From the NCBI GenBank assembly GCA_965153355.1, contig OZ231126.1:5518001-5582000 (forward strand): DNA of 64,000 bases, written 5' to 3'. Both the position numbers and the translations under genes were made by a program. Each line of letters starts with the position of its first letter. Positions within the stretch are counted from its first letter, which is position 1. Below are positions 55,491 through 64,000 of the stretch, piece after piece. Under the pieces are notes generated by a model. That model saw only the letters and a program-made list of their open reading frames with translations. It was not told the DNA's origin and did not search any database. The stretch is from Flaccisagitta enflata. Its lineage: Eukaryota.

Positions 55491-57912
55491 TAGGGCCAAC
55501 GGTTTTTGCATCAAGTCAATTGAACACCCCAGTCTGCAGCTTTTTTAAACAGACTATGTCTATACTGTTGAAAACTACTCGCTATATGACTTTTCTCCGT
55601 GATTTAGAGGTGCCAGATTTGATATATTGATCATAACTTGATGGTGGTTGTGGTAAAAATGTCAAATTTAGGTCATTTTGGCCACGAAATTGGGCCACTT
55701 AGCCGTAGAAATCAAACCTAGACTCCATGAGATTATAAAACTAAAGCTCAAGATCTCACTAATGGTGCAATCCGGATGTTTCTATCATTTTTCGTTTACA
55801 GTGCGGCTCAAAAAAAAGTTTTAGGTCTTTTACATGTTATATTGCAGGTATTTATTGATAGATCTTAAAAAAATCCATGATAGAATTAAAGAGTTTCAAA
55901 AAATGAAGCATATGCCGCCAAGCACAATTATTTTGGTCAAAAGGTTTGAAAGTTACAGTAGTTTGAAGTTGATGTCCCAAAAATCTGTTGGGAAAAAAGC
56001 TAACTTTGGCAACAAAAAAAATCAAACTGCTTGTTTGTCAGTGTTTCACATCCAAGCAATGAGAAAAACATAGCAAAATCCATGACCATTTTGAAGCTCT
56101 GCAAAAGACCTTTCAAATGAGACCTTGCCAGATGTCCTTGCTCTATCCGTTTAGAAATGGCGTAAGGATGAAGACTGGTGGTAAATAATTTGGAAATCTA
56201 CTATGTGATTTTCATGGCTTATCTTTATTCTAACATAAAAGTTAAACGCATTGAGTTAAAACTTTGTTCTTAGCGCGATTTTGCAGAAAATTTAAAGCTC
56301 TTCATTTTGCTCATGGATAAAGAGTAGCTAAGATAATCTTGAGCTGCATCATTGTCAAAATAGGAAAAACTAAAATTGTTCATTGGAAAAACATGAAATG
56401 AGCATTTTTTTTCAATCAGTGATTTTTTTCTTCAAACCTTTGCCATTTCTAAACGAATAAAGCTACAGTGACCAGCAACATCCCATTTGGAAGATTTTTC
56501 GCAGAGCTTTCAAATGGTCATGGATTTTTTATGGTTCTGGCCCACAGTTAATCAGTTTAGTGCTCGCTTTTGATGGACTTTAAGGCATTTAGGTGATGAA
56601 ACCTCAAAAACACCCTTGCAACTTTTTTTTTTTTTATACTGCATCATTTTTCACTTTCTAGTCAAACTGTGAAGGTTCATTCAAGTATTGTAGCCTAAAT
56701 TATAGATGATAAAGAAAAAATAGTTAAAAGGTTATTTCTATTGCTATAATATAGGATCTAATACTACCTAAAACTTTTTTTTGAGCTGCACTGTAGATTT
56801 GAGAGCATTTAAAAGATGAAAGGGTTTGAAGGGAAAATTGCGGCTTCACAAATTTCAGTATTTCGCAGCTTTAGATGGACCAATCTGCATAAAATTGGTG
56901 ATCAAATTGAACAGTTTTTCCTGTTCTAGCCAATGGTAAAAAAAATTTTGATCGATATTCCCCCAAAAAAATTTCAGAGACTGAAGAAGCAGGTGCAAGA
57001 AAGTCGATTTTTTTGCAAATTGGTCAATTTTCGATGCCACTTCCAATTCATAAAAAGACTTAAAATCCATGAGCAAAATGAAGTACTGCTCAGGAGCTAA
57101 CCAGTGGTGCAATTGGCGTGTCAATATGTTTTTGCGTTTAGATTTTATAGAACTTCAAAGATTAAAATACCCAAAAATTGTTATTTTGACATACCCTTAG
57201 ATCTTTGAAGTTCTATAAAATCTAGATGCAAAAAGATATTGACACGCCGATTGCACCACCGGTTAGCTCCTGAGCAGTACTTTGTTTTGCTCATGGATTT
57301 TAAGTCTTTTTTTTTAATTGGAAGTGGCCTAATTTTTCATCCAAAATTGACCAATTTGCAAAAAAAAATCAACTATTTTGCACTTACTTCTACAGTATCT
57401 GAAAATTTTTGGGGTGAATATTGATCAAAAAATTGTTTACCATCAGAACAGGAAAAATTCTTCAATTTGATCACCAATTTTATGCAGATTGGTCCATCCA
57501 AAGCCGCGAAATGTTGAAATTTATGAAAAATATCATAAGTGCCACTAAAATTGAAGCCGCAATTTTCCCTTCAAACCCTTTCATCTTTTAAATGCTCTCA
57601 AATCTAAACAAAAAATGATAGAAACATGCGGATTGCACCACTAGTGAGATCTTGAGCTCTAGTTTTATAATCTCACGGATTTTAGGTTTGATTTCTAAGG
57701 CTAAGTGGCCCAATTTGGAGGCCAAAATGACCTAAATTTGATATTTTTACCACAACCACCATCAAGTTATGATCAAAATATCAAATCTGGCACCTCTAAA
57801 TCACGGAGAAAAGTCATATAGCGAGTAGTTTTCAACAGTTTAGACATAGTCTGTTTAAAAAAGCTTCAGGCTGGGGTGTTCAATTGATTTGATGCAAAAA
57901 CCATTGGCCCTA
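55491..57912. mobile_element. Fully palindromic hAT-type foldback element, inserted in a HINE
   Basis: TAGGGCCAA...TTGGCCCTA ends, 8-bp TSD CCCCTCAT (55483-55490, 57913-57920); after removing nested 55799-56793 the two ~700-bp arms pair to a centre near 57185. Confidence 0.85.
55799..56793. mobile_element. Tc1/mariner-type MITE nested in the hAT foldback
   Basis: TA TSD; TIR CAGTGCGGCTCAAAAAAAAGTTTTAGGT / ACCTAAAACTTTTTTTTGAGCTGCACTG. Confidence 0.82.
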
Positions 57913-57933
57913 CCCCTCATGCCACAAATCTGC

Positions 57934-58514
57934 CAGTCGCCCAGAGCTTGACGCAAGTTGACCTTAAATGATCGCCACCAACTTCAGTGGTTTCATGACC
58001 CTGATGGCGCATAGAATACTTATCTAGAGAAAATGAAATCTGTTTTGGAAAAAAACTGGAACTGTATTTTTATAGATCTTTGTGATAAATTTTGATTTTA
58101 GCTCTGGGATTTGATCTCAGATGATATTTCAGTTTGTTTGATAAGTCACACTATATACTTTTGCAAAAGAAATAGAAGCTTATTTTTTGGTCACATTACT
58201 ATAAAAAGCAATGTTAAATAGCAAAATTTAAGTTTTCATTTCTTTTGCAAAAGTATATAGTGTGACATATCAAACAAACCGGAAACTATCATCTGAAATC
58301 AAATCTGCGGTCAAAATTATCAAAAAAATTAATCACAAAAAGTTATGGTGAAAGATATAGTAAAATAGTACTATTTTTTTAGATATCTTAAAAAGCGCCC
58401 CTAAACAGATTCTATTTTTTCTAGATATGTATTCTATGCACCATCAGGGTCATGAAACAACTGAGGTTGGTGGCGATCATTTCAGGTCAACTAGCGTCAA
58501 GCTCTGGGCGGCTG
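57934..58514. mobile_element. Palindromic foldback MITE, superfamily uncertain
   Basis: CAGTCGCCCAGAGCTTGACGC... / ...GCGTCAAGCTCTGGGCGGCTG; arms pair along most of the length; TGC on both flanks. Confidence 0.75.
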
Positions 58515-59894
58515 TGCTGCCCTCCAGACCTTCAATCAGCCCTCCAAGCATAAAACCAGCCCTCCATACCTCAAATCTGCTCTCCAAGCCTTTATTTTGC
58601 CCTCCAGCCCTCAAATATGCTTTCGGTGGCCTAAATTAGCCATCTAGAGTCCCTCAGGACAGACAGAAGGACAGAAGGACGGATGGACGTCTCAAAATCC
58701 CCCCTGTGTTCTACAGGATATTGGCCCTTTGGGGCCGCTGCCCTGCTCTCACTCCACCTCTTTACTGGATCACTCCAAGCAGGACATCGGGTACCGCTGA
58801 CCATGTACGATCCTTGGATGACTTGTTACCCGTACTGTAGTTGCTAAAAATCCTACTATAGTGCCCTATTGGGTACTGATTTCCAACTCCCTGATGTCTT
58901 TTGTTTTACTGACTTTCTAAGCGGATTTTTATTTAGGGTTAGGGGTAGGGTTAGGGTTAGGGTTCGGGGTGGTTTTAGCGTTAGGGTTAGGGTCATGACC
59001 GGTCAGGACTAGCGTTGGGGGCTAGGTGAGAGGTTAAATACATTTCAACTTGAATCTACTCGAATTAAAGCTTCGCCCAAACGGGAAAACCTGATAAAAA
59101 CAAAAGATCAGTAGCGTCATTTCTTCCCCATATTGTCCATCTACTACCATGTGCTGAAGAGAAAAATGTAATTTTCAAATGCTTAGCTCAATTCTCAAAT
59201 GTCAAAATTAGCATTAGGAGTAAAAAGTAAAAATTTTGAAGTAAAAATTTTTTGAAATGTGATTGCAGATTCGGATTCTTCATGAAAAAGTCTTCTTTTT
59301 TTATATTCTTTTTAGAAGCCTATCAAATTTCCAAAAAACTAATGAAAAGCGCAAAAATGACCTTTTTTTTAGTTAAAGATAGATTTTTACCCATGTTCCC
59401 ATAGGAAATTTAAAAAGAAGGACTTCACTTTCGGTATGTCCTTTTCAGTCATGGACACGCGACTCTAGACCTTGCTGTATCGGTTGGTTGGACAGTCACA
59501 TTTCCTTATTAAGAGCATTACTGCCCCAGCCCAACCGTCTACGACTGTCCAGCCATGTATTTGGCCTTATTTATAGTGAATCTGCAATCAGTTTTAAAAA
59601 TCTTCATTTCAAAAATTTGTATTTCCTTTACTCGTTGCCGATTATGATGGTTGAGAACCAAGCCAAGAATTTTGAACAATGTTTTTTTTCTGTTAACCAC
59701 ATGATAGCAAATGGACTTTGCAACAATATGGCGCTGTGGTGAGATGTCTATCTGCAGGAAAAAATTGGTCCACTTTGCAAAACATATTTATTACGCCTCG
59801 GGTTTGCCCAGGTGGATTGTGGTATGGAGAGTCAAAGTTTTTTTGTCAGCTTACCCTACTGGTTTTCTGGCTGACATATTATCCTGCCCGTTAG

Positions 59895-62800
59895 GTTTGA
59901 CAAATCTACCTCCACTTTCTACTGGATGCCCTTTGGAGAAACTGGATGCAAGCAGATGTTCCATTATGGCACTTCACCCCTCATTCTTTAAGAAGGGCAT
60001 ACAAGTTGATCTTCGCAACAATCAAATATCAGAATTACCACGTAATAAAACGCTGCAGTATCTTCAAGAGGGTGGCTCCCTTGAAAAGAAAGAAAATGAT
60101 GTCTCTTTTATTGCCTTAGAAAACAATCCACTGGTATACCCACCCCAACATATCTATGAAAACGGTATTCCTTCCATTATCTCCTACATCTCAAAACATG
60201 ATAATGTACTTGTTGACCCGAATGATTTTTCCCTGTTACTCATTGGTAGTCAAACGGCTGGAAAATCCTCGCTAGGGCTCACATTCGCAGGTATAATTCC
60301 AGATGCCAGTGCCATTGAACCTGATGACCGTACTCATGCTTTTGATACCTACCCATCGTCATTGGACTCTGTCAATGTCACAATGATTGATCTTGGGGGT
60401 CATAAAGAGTATGAATCATGTCTTGCTGTACTTGGACGTAATGGGGGACTTTATGTAGGTGTTATCAACCCAAGGGATATTGAAAGCAATGAGAATTTGT
60501 ACCTTTCTCTTTGGTCATGGGTTGAAAAAGTGCTAGATGGTGCAGACCAGCCGCATTTTGTTTTTGTTGTTTCCAAATCTGATCTAGCAGGATTGGAGAA
60601 AAAATCGTCATGTTTTTCAGCAGAAAAATACAAGGGTCAAAAGATGATTGAGTTCCAGCAAAAACTTATTCAATTTCTTGATGTAAAACAAGAACAGTTA
60701 CAAATGGTCAGACAACTAAGGGAGGAGCAGCTGAAGGTTGAAATAAAAGAAATAGAGAAGGAAATGGGAGAACACGAGAGTGACAAAAGTCATGTTAACA
60801 TGTTGGAACATAAGAGACAAATTTTGGACAAAAAATTGAGCAACCAATCCCAAAAAGTAAAGTGTCAACCGAACTTCAACACTGACTGCATAACCTTTGT
60901 CAGTTCCTTGGAGAAAGTAGGATTTTCTCAATTCAAGAAGAACCTGAAAAAAGTGATATCCAGAACATCAAAGGTCAAATTGCAGGCCAGCTGGATAGAA
61001 ACTGTTGAGCTATTGTTCTCTCACTATCAACAAGAACCTTATGTCAAGTTCATTGACTTACTGAGAGATTCAAACCTTGAAGAAGAGGATTTAGAGGAGA
61101 TGCTGACAGCTCTTTGCGTGATGGGTCGCATTGTGTGGGCCAATACTGAAGACAGGAAGAGAATTATTTTCCATCGACTCAACATTCTCTCACTCATGAT
61201 GAAATGTATTTTCTTCCATGGAATGGAATGGGTTTTTCCCATTTTTGCCAATCAGGTAAAAATATCCCTAAGATTATTGAAACAACGCTATGAGCAAGGT
61301 CAATTGCCGATGGAACTGATCAGATCTATGTTTGTCCATGTGAGCAAAAACTTTGACAAGTTGGTTCCTTGTGTAGCGGTTTCATACCAAGGATTACAGA
61401 TTAAACAGCTGGAGGGCGACATGGAAAAAGTGTTTTTGTCTTTCATAAAAACACTTGAAGCGTTAAATATGATCATGGCTTTAGATGATAAGGTTGGGGG
61501 AATGGAAATGTGTTTTGTTCCTAACCTGATCTTCAAAAGACCAGGTATTGCAGATAATCTGTGCATGTTGCACAACGTTTGCAAATTGCCTTGTTATGAA
61601 TTGGAGATTTCCATCAGTTTTAACTCTGCCCTCTGCAAAAACCGATTTTCGAAAATTTGCATAAGCTTCACAAAAGTGACCAAGTCAATATCTGCCATGA
61701 CAAATGAAAAGCTCGACATTAAAGCACAAGAGGGTGCGATGTTGGCTCAAATTGGGCACATTCAACTTCTGTTGAAATGCTATCTATTTCACTCTGAAAA
61801 AGATGCATTATTATTGTCAGTAAGAATAACTGAAGAAAATATAATCCCAGAAACTGCGTGGGTCATTCTGAAAGAGGTGGCATGCAAACTAACTTTGGAA
61901 GATGCTGACTGCCGACTAGTTTGCCCCTCTGCTGTATCAAAAGAACATTGCCATCATGGGGACTTTGTTACAGAACCAATGTTCCCCTCCACGCCTTTGG
62001 AAGTTGTACAAGAAACACCATCTTATTATGGACGCAAGATTAAGTGTCCAAATACTGTAGATATGAAAAACTGCTTTCCCTCTCATTTGGCAGTCAAAAT
62101 ACAGAAACAAATCTATAAAAAGAAGGGCGTTACAATTTCATCATTGGCGGGTGAGAAACCGTCGCATGAGAACCTAGAAATAATCAATTTGCTCTCGGTT
62201 ATTTTCAAAGTTCCCCTGTCCAAACCAGATCATGATCAAAATTATCTACTAAGACTGCCTGTTTTCAAAACCAACGTTGACAAGTTCCTCCACTTTGTTC
62301 AGCCCGTAAGGCAGAAACTTGATGACATGACCAAATGCACTGACCACGAAGATGGATGTTGTTGTTTCTCAGATGAGTACATCAACCTTTTCTGCCTTCT
62401 TGAAGAGAACGGTTTGATTGTAACTGATGGAGATTGGAAAGCCAAGATGCGACCAATACTTGAGAAGCACCCAGAATATGCAAAGAGGGAATCATGTGAC
62501 GGAAAATCTAGAAGCGTTGTTGCATTGGTCAGACTGCTCAGAAATCTTTCAGCTCACAAAGACCCTGAAGATCTCAATCATTCTTTATTCACAGAGATTA
62601 TCGAGGAGCTTGATTGGACCATCATGCACTGCTTTTCATTTTGGGCTAAAAATGTCCTGAAATCAAACTATACCCTCATTGTTTTTGCCGACACATATCA
62701 AAAACTTGAAAAAAATACAGTCGAGGAACGACTGACTAATGGTACACTAGAAAAACCCACAGACGCAATATTCATTGTTCAAGTTCGCAGCAAAGTTGGG

Positions 62801-63292
62801 ATAAGCAAAAACACAGTTTTTTTCAAAGATACAACCAAAACAGTGGATGATTTGGTGAGGGAAACCCACCAACAAATTGGTGTTCCCATGCGTAAGAGGA
62901 TAAGTTACATGGGCATATATGAACCAACTGTTTCATCCACTCCAACAACAGCATTAATCCCAGTCTTGCAACCTTCAGCTAATCTTGCAGATCTTAAACT
63001 TGACACCCTTAAGCCACATCTGATAAGAATCGAGGAGGAGCAGATCTGCTTACAAATCAAACTTCAGTACAATGACACTGAAGAAGATATGGAGATGAGG
63101 CTTTGGTCAGATGAGAAATTTGGAGTGGTTAAGGATCATATTGAAGACCACACTGGAGAAGAGCTCAGACTCTTCAAAGATGGGATTGTCATCAAGAATA
63201 CAGCAACCATTGGATCCATTTGCATTGATGATTTCCAAATACTTGCCATGGATAGTGATGCAAGGAAGAGATTCTTTGCTAGGTTTCAATGA
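59895..63292 (+). CDS. Roco protein, coding exon 2: last LRRs, ROC GTPase, COR, KEN-like RNase, two Ubl domains
   Basis: TTAG|GT acceptor, phase 1, rebuilds an intact LRR (LQRISTKENSG|LTNLP); G1 GSQTAGKS (60245-60268), G2 RTHAFD, G3 DLGGH, G4 SKSD, G5 VSS; COR-like L..L...G.I.W; KEN-like DW..SVVALVRLLRNLSAH; MFHAS1-like overall. Confidence 0.9.
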
Positions 63293-63301
63293 TTAGTCTT
63301 A

Positions 63302-63370
<69 letters not shown>

Positions 63371-64000
63371 GACAGACAGAGACAGACAGAGATTTTGTAT
63401 TTTGAAAGTGAAAATCAATTTTGTGAACCATCAACTAAAGGCAGCTTTTTCCCCCACCCACAGATGATTTTGGATTTCTTGGACTGGTGATCTTCATATA
63501 CTATCAGTCTGAATGGACGCAAATCAAGCCAATGTTTATCTCGACATAACCTTTGATTCTTCTACTAATTTCGGCGTTTCATATTGACTTGGATGTTTTC
63601 CATTACATAAATTTCTCCTAAGTTTTAGAAATCATTTGTTTCTTCATAAAATTGGTACAAGTATTGTAAAGAGGGTTAGTGTCAAACATGGTATTATAAA
63701 GAGAATGATAGACAGACTTAGGCTTATAAATAGACATTATCACTTCAGTCAACTTCAAGAGGGCATCATACATAAATGCAGGAATGTTTTTAATAGAATT
63801 GACTGATGTATTAACGGACCACCATTCGCACAGGATGACCCAGTAAATGGTTAAGTGATTAACAAATTCTTTAGATTTGAACCTGAGAATATAAGGAGTG
63901 GGTGGCGCCATACATTGATGAATATAACAGTAATTTACGGTAAGTGCATCACTCGATACAAATGGGGAGTAGGGGGATCTGTTCCATTGCATTAGAAAGG

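Noticed and set aside
59711-59894. N-terminal 61 aa of the 1193-aa ORF as an independent gene start
   Set aside because: Non-LRR sequence upstream of a good acceptor; splicing from 52172 restores a complete LRR, so this is read-through intron.
59895-63292. Calling the Roco gene LRRK1/2 or an NLR
   Set aside because: No kinase motifs or WD40 after COR; the P-loop has ROC G2-G5 motifs, not NACHT/NB-ARC motifs.

Overview
AT-rich, microsatellite- and transposon-dense metazoan (invertebrate-type) genomic DNA with spliced genes; no prokaryotic features. Four protein-coding genes can be assembled by hand from phase-compatible GT-AG exons: (1) a 4-exon type II membrane receptor (+, 19363-31457, 465 aa) with cytoplasmic tyrosine motifs and a C-terminal SUEL/Gal_lectin domain; (2) seven internal exons of androglobin on the minus strand (45713-33968); (3) an INPP5K/J-like inositol 5-phosphatase with SKICH domain (+, 39874-42458) nested antisense in an androglobin intron; (4) a 2-exon, 1669-aa Roco protein (+, 50561-63292): LRR array, ROC GTPase, COR, then an IRE1/RNase L-type KEN ribonuclease-like domain without a kinase, and two ubiquitin/SUMO-like domains. 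This Roco-KEN-Ubl architecture is the best candidate for an undescribed system (a sensor- and GTPase-gated RNase). Second candidate: a young non-autonomous LTR element (4372-9123) that has no tRNA PBS but carries, at the PBS position, an exact 52-bp copy of its own target-site flank. The rest is nested non-autonomous TEs (hAT, MULE, Tc1/mariner-type MITEs, Helentron-like HINEs, a truncated RLE non-LTR element) and simple repeats. All domain calls are from motif recognition by eye; no searches were run.
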